In this document: in pieces, positions 11,419 to 22,588 of the stretch
How the letters are laid out: every line of letters begins with the position of its first letter
Numbering within the stretch: the first letter of the stretch is position 1
Source of the DNA: Octopus bimaculoides
Lineage: Eukaryota
NCBI RefSeq assembly: GCF_001194135.2
Contig: NC_068984.1
Location: 58,646,169 to 58,683,555 of the forward strand
Direction: 5' to 3'
Length of the DNA: 37,387 nt
Made by a program: the position numbers and the translations under genes
Notes under the pieces: model-generated
Database searches by the model: none
Seen by the model: only the letters and a program-made list of their open reading frames with translations
Told to the model about the DNA's origin: nothing

Positions 11419-11499
11419 TTTCGCCATCTTGGCTGTTTGAAAAATCTCTGAAAAATCTCTAAATCCCTTCTGATTTTTCAAACACCCAAGATGGCGAAA
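11419..11499. repeat. Short inverted repeat (28-bp arms, 25-nt loop)
   Basis: TTTCGCCATCTTGGCTGTTTGAAAAATC and GATTTTTCAAACACCCAAGATGGCGAAA differ by one mismatch. The left arm abuts a gap. Confidence 0.9.
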
Positions 11500-11754
11500 A
11501 CCCCTCATTATGCGAATTAATCACTATACAATACCCCTTGAAAAGCTAATTCAAATAGCGAAAACCGGTTGGATTTTACAACACCCTTATAATATGTATA
11601 TATTTATATAAAAAAATATTAAAGTATGCGAAACGAAGGCATTTTTCTTCACTTTTCTTTACATATTTTCAACTCATAATTTTACCCCTTGTTTCCTGAA
11701 TCTCCAGTATTTTTGCTCCTTATATATATATATATATATATAGATATATATATT

Positions 11755-12080
11755 GAGGCACTCCATCGGTTACAACGATGAAGGTACCAGCTGATACAAT
11801 CAACAGAACAGTTTGATCATGAAATTAACATGCAAGTGTCTGAGCACACTACAGACAAGTGTACCCGTAATGTAGTTCTCAGGGAGATTCACCATGACAC
11901 AGAGTGTGACAAGTCTGGCCCTTTGGAATACAGGTACCACTCATTTTTGCCAGGTGAGTGGACTGGAGCAATCTGAAATAAAGTGTGTTGCTCAAGGACA
12001 CAATGCGTCACTGGGAATTGAACTCACGACCTTACGATCATGAGCCAAATGTCCTAACCACTAAGCCGCATGCTTTCACA
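11755..12080 (-). mobile_element. tRNA-derived SINE, family C
   Basis: Reverse-strand head GCGGCTTAGTGGTTAGGAC (A box)...GTGAGTTCAATTCCC (B box), followed by GTGTCCTTGAGCAACACACTT. Confidence 0.78.
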
Positions 12081-12543
12081 CATACATACACACACACATA
12101 TATATACACACACACATATATGGATATGTATACCTATACACATATGTGTATATATATATATAAATGTATATATTATTTAATGTCAATGAAAATGAAATAT
12201 TAATGTAAATCATGAAATAACCAATAGAGTGAGGTTAAGTTCTAGTTTCAATACTCTCATTTTAAGGTCAAACATTTCTGATACACAATAGTGTTACATA
12301 TATACTAAAGGAGTCTAAGCAAGGCATTTAAAGGTTCTTCAGAGATTGCTGATACAGCAAGAAGTAAAGGAAAGAGAAACCATATATTATGTTCTCAGTG
12401 ATTGTTATGAGAGAACAGCAGCAGGAAATATCAGCTGTAAGGAAAACAAGTGTGTGAGTAACACTAGAAGAAGGAAATTAATGTGTGTATGTGCATCACT
12501 CTCTCTTTCTCTCTCACACTGTATATATGTAAACACACACGCA

Positions 12544-12576
<33 letters not shown>

Positions 12577-12717
12577 CTATATGTAATTCTTATTTGGAAC
12601 ACGATCTCAAAGTATATATAAAGTGATAAATAATAGCGTGTAAATATTGAGCATAGATGTAAATATAAGATATGTCAGATATGTGTATATGTGTGTTTAT
12701 ATATATCTGTATATATA

Positions 12718-12925
12718 CAGGGTGTTCACAAAGTCTGGGTACATGGGATTGATACATTTAAGAAATCATTATTTCTTATATTTAATTGTTTATATTATGA
12801 TTTTATTTACTCCATGTACCCACATGGGAATTAATACATACTTTAAGAAATTATTATTTCTTATATTTAATTGTTTATGTTATGATTTTATTTACACCAT
12901 GTACCCAGACTTTGTGGACACCCTG
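12718..12925. mobile_element. Tc1/mariner-type MITE with internal tandem duplication
   Basis: TA|CAGGGTGTTCACAAAGTCTGGGTACATGG ... CCATGTACCCAGACTTTGTGGACACCCTG|TA: 29-bp TIRs with one mismatch. The interior is two tandem copies of an AT-rich unit of about 80 bp. Confidence 0.9.
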
Positions 12926-13002
12926 TATATACACACACACACACACACATATATACATACATGTGTGTGTGTGTGTGTGTGTATTTATGAATAAATGTGT
13001 GT

Positions 13003-13241
13003 ACCCATGATGGTGCCACGTAAAAGACACCCGTTCAGGTACCATGTACATAATACCCATGCTGGTGACACCTGAAAGGTACCCAGCACATTCTGGGGAG
13101 TAGTGGGTTTTAGGAAGGGCATCCAGCCATAGAAAACAAGCCAAGATCAAACTGGAACCTGGTACAGCTCTCTGCTAACCAGTTCCTGTCAAACCGTCTA
13201 ACCCATACCGGCATGAAAAATGGACATTAAACAATGATGAT
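13003..13241 (+). mobile_element. RTE-associated 3' end fragment
   Basis: GGTGCCACGTAAAAG..TTAGGAAGGGCATCCAGCC..CAAACCGTCTAACCCAT..GGACATTAAACAATGATGAT. Confidence 0.75.
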
Positions 13242-13509
13242 TTTTTTTGTCTCCTTTTAACGAGAACAACTTGGTGTATTGGTAAACAGTCAGTGGTATT
13301 GGAGAGGATAAAGATTAAAATTTTAATTGAGAAAAAGTTAGCTGGCATGAAAGACTGTAAGCCATTTGAATACTGGAAAAGAGCTACCTGTATTATGATG
13401 ATTCATGCCAGATACCAAAAATGCTGACATTATGACTGCTGCTCTGTGAACACTGCAAAGGCTGTAAGGCATGACATAGACAGCTACAGCAGGGACTCTG
13501 AAGCTGCGG

Positions 13510-14024
13510 GCATCTTTGAACAGGATCTTGGTCTCATTTTAATTGGCTAAGTGAAACTGCTAGAGACTGGTCAATCTCTGACTGGAGAGGATTGCTTCTT
13601 GAAGGCCATATGTGTGGCAGCAGGATTCACCACCTTTTGATACCTCTAGAAAGAGTCAGAAGTGTTTGTTGGAGGATTACCATGACTTCACCAACTCCAA
13701 ATTCTGGCCTCCATTTTAATCCTATGGATTATTATGAATGAACTGTGGATGAAAAAGATACCAACCACTGAGCTGGTGACCAAGACCAGGATCATTAGAA
13801 GTTCAAAGATCTTCCTAGGGATGCAGTAAAGAATGCATGCACCAGGTTCTAAAGCCATCTTGAGGCCATAGTGGAAGCTAAGGGTGGCTACTTTTAGTAA
13901 ACTGTTTTTTCTCAGCCATAACCTAGTTGATATGTTTTGATTTTTTAAAATACTTGTATTTTTGGATAGGATGTTGTTTTCTTTTTCTTTTATGCCAGTT
14001 ATCAAATTTAGTCCAGACACCCTG
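13510..14024 (+). mobile_element. 3' half of a second DD37D (maT) mariner
   Basis: RPYVWQQDSPP..SRKSQKCL..FWPP..NPMDYY..DLPRDAVKNACTRF*SHLEAIVEAKGGYF, ending in a TIR-like ..CCAGACACCCTG. It is a different subfamily from 1535-2799. Confidence 0.8.
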
Positions 14025-14546
14025 CATATAAATATACATACATATATTTAAATGTATATATGTGTTTATTTAAATATATATGTGCATGAAAATTATACAT
14101 AATATATATATATATATGTAGTGTGTGTGTGTGTATACACACACACACATATAATGTATATATTTATCTTATGTTATATAAACAGACAAATAGATGTACA
14201 TAAGTAATAAACAACTGTAATACAAAATTAATTTTCCCATTGATTTTCAAATTTCAATAAGATAATGCATTTCTTGGATATTTTTACAAAAAAAATGATA
14301 AAGAATATTTTCCAAACATACAGTACAATATGTATGCATAAATGCATTTGAAGAGAAAAAATAAGAATTATTGAGACTATGAGAATAAATAAAAATCATA
14401 TCATAATAGGATACATTCCTACCACAAAAGATATTGACTACTATGTGGGGGATGGTTGTGGTGGTGGTGGTGGTGGTGATGATGGTGAAATGAAGTTGGA
14501 AGGAAGAGGGAATTTTCTTGCATCTGACAGTTCATCATCATCACCA

Positions 14547-14890
14547 TTATCTACTTGAGAACTTATTTGAAATTGTTTGGCGTTTATGGCGCATCATCTC
14601 TGTATACATCTCAGGGTAGAAACAGAGCCCAGTGTAAACTCCTCTTGTAATTTTCATGCCATGTTCATGATTAGAGTAGCAATATTCTTTGCAGTCAATT
14701 TAAGTGAGGTTGATGAAATTTCATTTTACATCAGTATTCTCAGCTTGCTCTTGTTCTAACGGCAACAGCTCTTCATTAGATAAACTGTCTCTAAGGGACA
14801 CTAATAACTTAACCACATCATCCTCTAAGACTTCTTTAAACCTTATGTCACTTGAAAGTCAATCCTATAGACCTGGCATTTCATTCAACA
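14547..14890 (-). pseudogene. pogo/Tigger-type transposase C-terminal relic
   Basis: A single frame with internal stops: LSSDIRFKEVLEDDVVKLLVSLRDSLSNEELLPLEQEQ..YSNHEHGMKITRGVYTGLCFYPEMYTEMMRHKRQTISNKF. This resembles the Tigger D.EELL.SH...LSNEEL and KV.R....L.CY.E...KRQT motifs. Confidence 0.7.
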
Positions 14891-15910
14891 TTTAAAAGAC
14901 ACTGGAGTACTACATTATCTCCAGTGATTGTTCTTTATTTCAGCTGGAGTTTTTGTTCATACTATTGTTGCTGTTTTTGTCGTTGTTATGGTGGTCATTT
15001 AGGAGTTGGTAAGTTAATAATGGTGATGGTTTTATTGGTTTTGGTGTTGATGCTGGTTGTGTTGGTGTTGACAATAGTGGTGAGGGTGAAGGTTGATTTA
15101 GACAGGTAGACTGACATTCATTGTAATCCAACAAAATATGCACAAACACAAATATTCACTGAGAAATATTTCACTTTACACTCCATAACTGTTTATAGTT
15201 GCGCATTTGCAAACACTTGCACACACACACACACACGCACTTATGTCTGTGTCTTTTTATGTATATATTGTGATTATAGTCTTACAAATTGTATATGTAT
15301 TTTTGTATGTATCATGATTATAGTTTTTAAAATTGTAAGCTATACTTTGATCTTAGCTAAAACATCGAGAAGTGGTCTTTTGACCAACAAGAAATTGTAG
15401 TTTTTAAATTCTTAAGATTTACCCATGCTGTTGTAAGAGTAAAATTACAGATTGTATCCTGAAATTAGTGGTCATGCCTTACAATTCCCACAAGCACAAA
15501 ATCCCATGAACTAAGGCAGCTGTAATGCAAGGGACAGCTATACTAGAAGGAAAAGGAACAGGAGTGATATTATACTGAATCTGGAAAAGTACAGGACAAG
15601 AAGTGGAGACTTTAAAATATTGTAGCTGAAATTGGAATTGAAATAAAAAAGATATGTTTTTAGTTTCATTCAAATGTAAAACATGCTCCCAATTTTAAAT
15701 TTGAACTATCCCATTGAAAAAAATTCTATATGGAACTTTGTATATACACTTCCTATAAAAAAATATAGTGGTTGATGGTAAGGGGCTGAAATTTTTGTAT
15801 ATAGAGGTGTAGCCTATCTTTCAAAATTTAGAAATTTTTAACTACCTTCCTCTCATGTTTTTTTTTTTTTTCAATCATAGCTGAACTGACATTTAGGCAA
15901 ACATAAAATA

Positions 15911-16126
15911 ATGGTTTCGAATTTTGGCACAATGCCAGCAATTTGGGGGAAGGATAAGTCAATTTCATCAACCCTGGTGCTCAACTGGTGCTAATTTTAT
16001 TGACCCTGAAAAGATGAAAGACAATGTTGACCTTGACAGAATTTGAGCTCAGAATTTAAAGCCAGACGAAATGTCGTTAAGCATTTTCCCCAGGATGCTA
16101 ACAATTCTGCCAGCTTTGCTGCCTTA
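15911..16126 (-). mobile_element. tRNA-derived SINE, family B
   Basis: Collinear with 478-683. Confidence 0.8.
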
Positions 16127-16809
16127 GGCAAAGAGAAATAATGAGAAATAAATGGTGTAGTGGTTTAAGGGAGGAGCCTACTTCCCCCACTCCAGTAAAT
16201 ATGAAAATTTGATGAATTTATACCCATAAAGCTTTGGAAATCCAACATTATTGGGCTGTTTATACCCAGAAACTTCCAACTCATGACTTTTAACTAACAA
16301 ACTTCTTTTCTTCGAAATGCACGAAATTTGATTTATATACCTCAGACTTAGCATAAATCATTGGGGATGATCTCAATTAGACATACACATGAGAGGGCAC
16401 TATGGGAAAAAGGAAAAGACCCTTTAAATTTAACCACATTACCAATATGCTGCCCAAGACTACACTAGACTGACTTCAATCTTTACCCCATTTTTGCCAT
16501 GCGATTCTTTGCTCCAAAGTATATTATTTAAATTTGAATTCCAACTTCAGTTGCAATGTTTTTAAGCTTCCACTACTTGTCTAGTACTTTTTCAGGTTCA
16601 GTTGATTAAGAATATTATCACTTCTATGCCTGCATTTCCCTTGCTAGTCCATTCTTTTTACAGGCAACACTTTTTACAAAAACCAAAAAAGAAATATTGT
16701 TGTATTTGGAGATGGTCATGTTGCCAATTTAGTCAATAAAAACACATGCTCTATATATTTGGTGTTAATTTGCTTCAGCTAATTTTATTTTTTACATTAA
16801 TCGTATTTC

Positions 16810-16854
16810 GGCCAGAGTTCTTTCGTCACACTTCTGTGACCTCATCAGTGGTCC
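16810..16854 (-). ncRNA. Minimal type I hammerhead ribozyme motif (sense on the host pre-mRNA strand)
   Basis: GGACCA-CUGAUGA-G(G)UCACA gaag UGUGAC-GAAA-GAAC-UC^UGGCC. The catalytic core is intact; stem II is 6 bp with one bulged G; helix III is replaced by a tetraloop; stem I is GGACCA/UGGCC with one bulge. Confidence 0.6.
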
Positions 16855-16974
16855 TTTGCTTTCTTCTTTCTTATTTGTGTGTCTTTCCTTACAAACGATC
16901 AGCCATTTTGTCATAATGATCACATAATGGCAGATTGTTAGTAAGGAAAGACACACAAATAAGAAAAAAGCAAA

Positions 16975-17019
16975 GGACCACTGATGAGGTCACAGAAGTG
17001 TGACGAAAGAACTCTGGCC
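16975..17019 (+). ncRNA. Minimal type I hammerhead ribozyme motif (mirror copy)
   Basis: The 45 nt are identical to the reverse complement of 16810-16854. Predicted cleavage is after C17014. Confidence 0.6.
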
Positions 17020-17966
17020 GAAATACAATTAATGTAAAAAATAAAATTAGCTGAAGCAAATTAACACCAAATGTATAGTGTGTGTGTTTTATTGGCTAAA
17101 CTGGCAACATGACCATCCCCAAATACAACAATATCTGTTTCAACACACGATTTCACATCAAGAATCTTGCAAAACGAATATATAAACATAAAAAAGAAAT
17201 AATAACCACTATTGGGATAAAACTCACAAAATATAAAAGTTAACAAAAACAATTTTTTTGAAAAAGCTTAAACTATAGTAAAAAAACAAATTTTATTAAT
17301 TGACAAAAATTATGTTATATAAAATACCAATGAAGAATTTGAGATGAAGAAAGAAAATGTAAATAAAACAGCAGTAGATTAATTAAATGACACCAGTCAG
17401 AAAGCAGTACAGAAGACATGAGTCAAGCCAACCAGTTGAGTCAAAATGGGTTTGATCATATTTCCATTCCCAAGAAATAGAGCTCACTGTGAGTCTCCTT
17501 CTAGGCCCAAGATGTGCCCAGCACCACCATCTTGGATGTTCTCATGTAGAAAATTGTGATGGCATTTTATGTTATCCTTGCCCAGTCTGTGGCTGTCTTA
17601 GTCACATCTAGACATGATGACCAGAAGAGGAGTGATAAGCAAGCACAGTAGAATAACAGTAAACAGTTTTATTAAATTTTCTTTTTAAATAAGTTATCAA
17701 AACCAAAAACAATTTTTAGAAAATTTTAAATATTAAAAAAAAAAACTTTGTTTTTTGTGTTAACGATATTCAAATGTAAATAATCTTTTCTAAATACATT
17801 TTAAAAAAAACTTTCAACATAACAATTTTGGCAATGATAAATTCCTAATGACTAATTCCATTAATTTATCAAATTTTCATATCTTTTTGATTATTTGTTT
17901 TTTAGTTATGTCTAGCTATTGATAATTATGATGGAATAAATAATCATTTTAGTTTGGTATAAAATA

Positions 17967-18171
17967 AAGGTGGGGAGCTGGCAGAGTCATTAGCATGCCA
18001 AACAAAATGCTTAGTGGTACTTCAACCATCCTTATGTTCTGAGTTCAAAGTTGACTTTGCCTTTCATCCTTTTGAGGTCGATAAGTTAAGTACCAGTGAA
18101 ACACTGGGGTTGATGTAATCGACTAGTCCCCTCCCCCAAAATTTCAAGCCTTTTACCTTTAGTAGAAAGGA
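17967..18171 (+). mobile_element. tRNA-derived SINE, family B
   Basis: GGGAGCTGGCAGAGTCATTAGCATGCC..TTCTGAGTTCAAA..GACTTTGCCTTTCATCC..CCCCTCCCCCAAAATTTC. Confidence 0.82.
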
Positions 18172-19074
18172 CTTTGATATAAGGTAAAGACTTAGTTTAA
18201 GTGACAACTAATATTTTCTTGATACTTTTTTGGTAATTGTTGCATCTGAAGGGTACTAAATTGTTAAAATAAATCAAAATTTTCAAAAATTATTTTTGTT
18301 TGGCACGATTTTGTTTCTTGATAGCTTCTCCTTTGTCTAGGGTTCATATCGTTGATACCTTCATGGACTATGACATTTAAAAAAATATATAATAATAAAA
18401 CAAATGATGTTAGCCATCAAAGAAAGTTGCCCTCTTTAGGCTCTAGGTACACTTATATCAATATAAAAATTATATTCTAAAAGTTATTGACATTTATGTT
18501 TTATAATTGAGTTGTCAACTATATATTTCAAACCACAGTCATTGTATTTTTGTACCCTGTATCAGGTCCCTTACCTCAAACAGGATCAACAGTGCCCTTG
18601 ATAAGATAATACTTAAAAATTAAGTTAATTATGTTAATGATTCAGAGGACTGGATAGCAAAGACCTACAGCTCACATTTAAACCATCCTGTGTAATTTAA
18701 TTTTTTCCCTCTAAACTCTCTTAAACTACCTTTAATATCTCTATTTCTCTCAGAAGATATCACTGTTATCTTCCCAATTCCTGAATTTTTCCCAAATTTC
18801 CCAAAACAAAATCCCAAAAGTTTTCTCTGAAATACAATTCTAATATTTATAAGCCTAGAAATGAAAACCTTTTTTTTACTTGCACTTATAATTGTAAACA
18901 GCGGTGCAATTGCCATTACTGCTAAAGATAAAGTAACTAAAGAGTTATTGTATAAATTATAAACTTAGGCATAAATTGAACTGTTACACATTATTTGTTC
19001 CTAATAAAGATTTTATCTATCCATTTGCTCCTCACTGTATGCTTGGTTCACCAGCCGAAGTATTTCTTCATCCT

Positions 19075-19225
19075 CATTCTCTCTCTCACTTTCTTTCTCT
19101 CTCTCTCTTACTCTCTCTCTCTCACTTTCTTTCTCTCTCTCTCTCTTTCTCTCTCTTACTCTCTCTCTCTCTCTCTCTCTCTCACTTTCTTTCTCTCTCT
19201 CTCTCACACACACAAACACACACAT
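19075..19225. repeat. (CT)-rich microsatellite with a repeated CACTTTCTTT subunit, then (CA)n
   Basis: Directly visible. Confidence 0.95.
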
Positions 19226-20418
19226 ACACCTCATTTGATTTAGGGAGGAAACAGAACAAAAAGAAGTTAGGAAAAGAAAGTAGTGTGGATATTATGCAGA
19301 TGCTGGACTAGCATAAGGTATTTGAAGTGAGAAAATGCCTTGCATACATCCTCATTCATTTCCATGCAATATAATAATTTGTTGCCTTTTACATTTACAC
19401 TTTGGTAAAACTACAGTTTGGTGTTCCTTCAACTTTGTTTCCTAACAATCTTCTGAAAAACACCCCTATTTTAAATGTGATTTTGCAGTGTTTGGTTTTT
19501 GGGGAATGATTTTGGATTTTTTTTTTTTCTTTTTGCAAAAAAAACTCAGGAGTTTGAGATTATTATCCACCTTCCAGATTTTGTTTCCTCAAAACTCTCT
19601 CTAAAATAGATATTCTTTAAATGATATTTTGCAGAAACACATTTTCAAGAGTGAAGAGTGTATAATGTTGATGTTTCAAACAGAAATCTGGAAAAAATAT
19701 GAATAACTGCAGAAATTAGAGAAATAAGTAGAAGATGAGAGTAAAACTATCTGAAATTTTATAAAATATAAAGAAGTTATTTTAAATTTTCAATCGCAGA
19801 ATAATGCTAATAATATAGCCTGAACAGGATAAACTACCCCTATTTTGCAGAGAAAAGTGTAGGTGGCTAGCGATTGAGAATTTAAAATCACTTCTTTAAC
19901 TTTCTAAGACATCTCAACGCTTCTAAAAAGGAAAAGCAAACTTCGTTTGTTTATTTACGTTTGTCGTAATTTGAATTTTTTATAAAATATATTTTTTCTT
20001 TTCTGAATCTTATGCCTTCAAAAATGTATCACTACAAAATTTCATGAAAAAAAAAAAGCATTTTTCAGAAAATTCTACCAACCTGTTACACTTTGGATAA
20101 CAAATCTTTTAATACAAATGTGCATGCATGTGTGTGCGTAGATGTGATGCTTAACCTATACTTTATTTTCCTCAATATAATTATATGCTATGTTGCTCCA
20201 TGTCAAAAGTAAAAATGTAGAATTATGATTACAGGTATTCTAGTCACAGCTATTGTGTCTTCTCCTGTATGCAGGGAACCAGGACCTCAGTATTCAATAT
20301 ACTCTATTTGAAGAGGTTAGAATGTGAATTGAGAGAGAATTGGCTGCTGTTTGCATGAGATCTGACTACCATGAAAAGGTCTTCCTCAATGGCTCATCCA
20401 TCCATCCATCTATACATA

Positions 20419-20765
20419 CAAGGGTCAGCTGAAAAGTTCATAGGCTGACCAAGATACTCTCATGGAATATGACCAAATCAGGTTTTTCAACATAGTGCCT
20501 CATGTGGTCTACACGTTTCTTCCATCAGTGTTGCAGTGCTTGGATCCCATTGGTGAAGAAACTTTTATCCAGTTGGGCAAAAAAGTCATCAACAGCTGAT
20601 GTGATGTCATCATCAATGCAATACTGGTTCCCAGCCAAGTGTTTTCTTCATGTTGAGAAACAGATGATAGTCAGATGGGGCCAAATCGTAGGAATGGGGA
20701 GGCTGATTGACCAGTTCAAAGTTACAGTCACATACAACAGCCATTGAAACCAAGGACTTGTGTGT
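20419..20765 (-). mobile_element. mariner (DD34D-type) 3' fragment with TIR
   Basis: The minus strand reads FELVNQPPHSYDLAPSDYHLFLNMKK, the mariner HPPYSPDLAPSDY motif. TIR TA|CAAGGGTCAGCTGAAAAGTTCATAGGCTGACC. Confidence 0.85.
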
Positions 20766-22161
20766 TGTATGATCAGTCTGTCTCCCAAATATACACAATG
20801 CTGTCATCTAACAGGCTTAGTATCTGAGTACCCATGTTAAATGGCTAGTTCCCAAACAACTAACGTGCATTCATCCCATTTTGGCAGTTATTCTGTTTTG
20901 ACTCCCTCAAACACAAGACTACAAAAAGAATAAAAAAACATTTATAGCCTAGGGTGATCTGCATAATTAAAAAAAAAAGGAGCTAAAGAAATTATTCAGA
21001 ATGGCCAATGGCATTAAAAGTGTATTTAATAACATATAACATATATATTCTATATTTATTGAAATTGTTTACGCTTTGAGAGAAAGTAAACAAACACCTA
21101 GTAGCTATTGCAATCAACCCTGAATGTGAAAGGGATATAATGTCAATAAAAGCAATTCTCTGGAACTGGCATGCCAGGAAGGAAAATCAGTCTGAGAGAA
21201 GACAGCTGTAGGAATATGATAGCAGGAATCTTTTGTTGTAGGTATTGGCAAGTTGAAATATTCAAAAATCTGTAAGAAAATGTAAAAACAAATAGATGAA
21301 AGCTATAAATACATTGCTTTTATGAACACGATGTCAGCTGGACTCCTGGTGATAGGTTGAGAACACTGATATTAAGATTTCATGTAACTCTCAAGTCCAT
21401 TCTATACTGTTCTAACTTTTGATCTTTTGGATCAACAAAATGAAGAGTGTGGCTAAAGGAGTAATGACTTGATGAGGAGAAGGCATTGAGGATATGCTGA
21501 CCACCAACTAAAAATGCAGATACTTAGTGACATATAATTAGAGATGATTAGCAAAAAAGTTGCATGAATTCGAACAGGAACATAGAATACATTTAAGATG
21601 GTGGTATTCAGGGCCAGCTGAAGGTACCAGCAACTCAGATGGGTCGCTCAGTGACTCCACATACTAAGGGAACCATGTCATTTTTTGAAATCTTTCAAAT
21701 ACAATGATATTAAAATTGAATCACCTTTGTTATAGAAACTATTTTAGTTAGGATAAGGTAAGTTTTTCTACATCATCAATATTTTTCATCATATTCTATG
21801 AAAAGAAAATTTATCACATCTACAGGAGATCAATCCCACCCTAAATTCTTCACACAATTTTTGTTGCCAACGATTATCAATAACATATGTCTAGTTTTAC
21901 CCATATTTGGTTTATATTAATGAAAAGATTAGAAACTTTTATTTTCATATTTACACTTCTTTTTTTTTTCTCCTTGTTAATATTTTAAAAGTTAATAGTT
22001 TACAAAGCACAGAAATTAAGGTTGTCCATGCCAGCAAACTGAAGGATTCCACTAACAATAGATTCCAGAAGCCCTGTTGATACTCTGCAATCTATCTTGT
22101 GAAAAGCTTTCCTAATAAATGTTTGGATACTTGAGCTTAATGTACCCAAAAAGAAAGATCC

Positions 22162-22195
<34 letters not shown>

Positions 22196-22439
22196 CAATA
22201 TTAAATACTTAATTTGGAGAATAAAAAGCAAAAATGTATGTGTGCATATATATATATATATTATATATATATAGAGAGAGATTTATTTAGAGAATAGGTT
22301 AACCTTATAAAAGGATGATTACATCCAAGGGAATACTGGTTTGATACCTAGTATTATTGTGGAATGAAATTCCCTTAAAACAATTGGTGTATATTAAGCA
22401 TATAATTCATATCCAGTTAAATGAAGAAAAGAAAATTGG

Positions 22440-22588
22440 GAGTTGAAAGTTAATATTTTGTGGTGTCTGAGGAGTCATTCTCTTTTAGTGCCTTATTTAA
22501 CACACTCACTGGTAAAGTTTCCACTCATTTACTTATCTATTTTTCCTAAAATTTTTATTGCATCTTGCAACCTTTTCGATAGTCGTTG
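22440..22588. repeat. Interspersed repeat; inverted homologue of 9328-9510
   Basis: Direct alignment by eye to the reverse complement of 9328-9480. Confidence 0.75.

Larger units (their letters stand above)
16694..17134. repeat. Long foldback (arms 16694-16911 and 16922-17134, 10-nt loop), probably inverted Penelope-like terminal repeats
   Basis: The arms are reverse complements with scattered mismatches. Each carries a CTGATGAG..CGAAA hammerhead core, a known hallmark of PLE terminal repeats. Confidence 0.9.

Noticed and set aside
11985-12080. tRNA-like sequences with A and B boxes (also 33744-33810)
   Set aside because: They are SINE heads continuous with SINE bodies; no complete cloverleaf was found, so they are not called tRNA genes.
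18665-18916. 83-aa minus ORF with a possible 151-nt exon
   Set aside because: Phase is incompatible with exon 1, composition is low-complexity, and no motif is recognisable.
21280-21660. Possible very decayed RTE RT (LKSILYCS, LRWW) and a lone hAT-like TIR GGTTGAGAACACTG
   Set aside because: The motifs are too short and broken to support a feature call.
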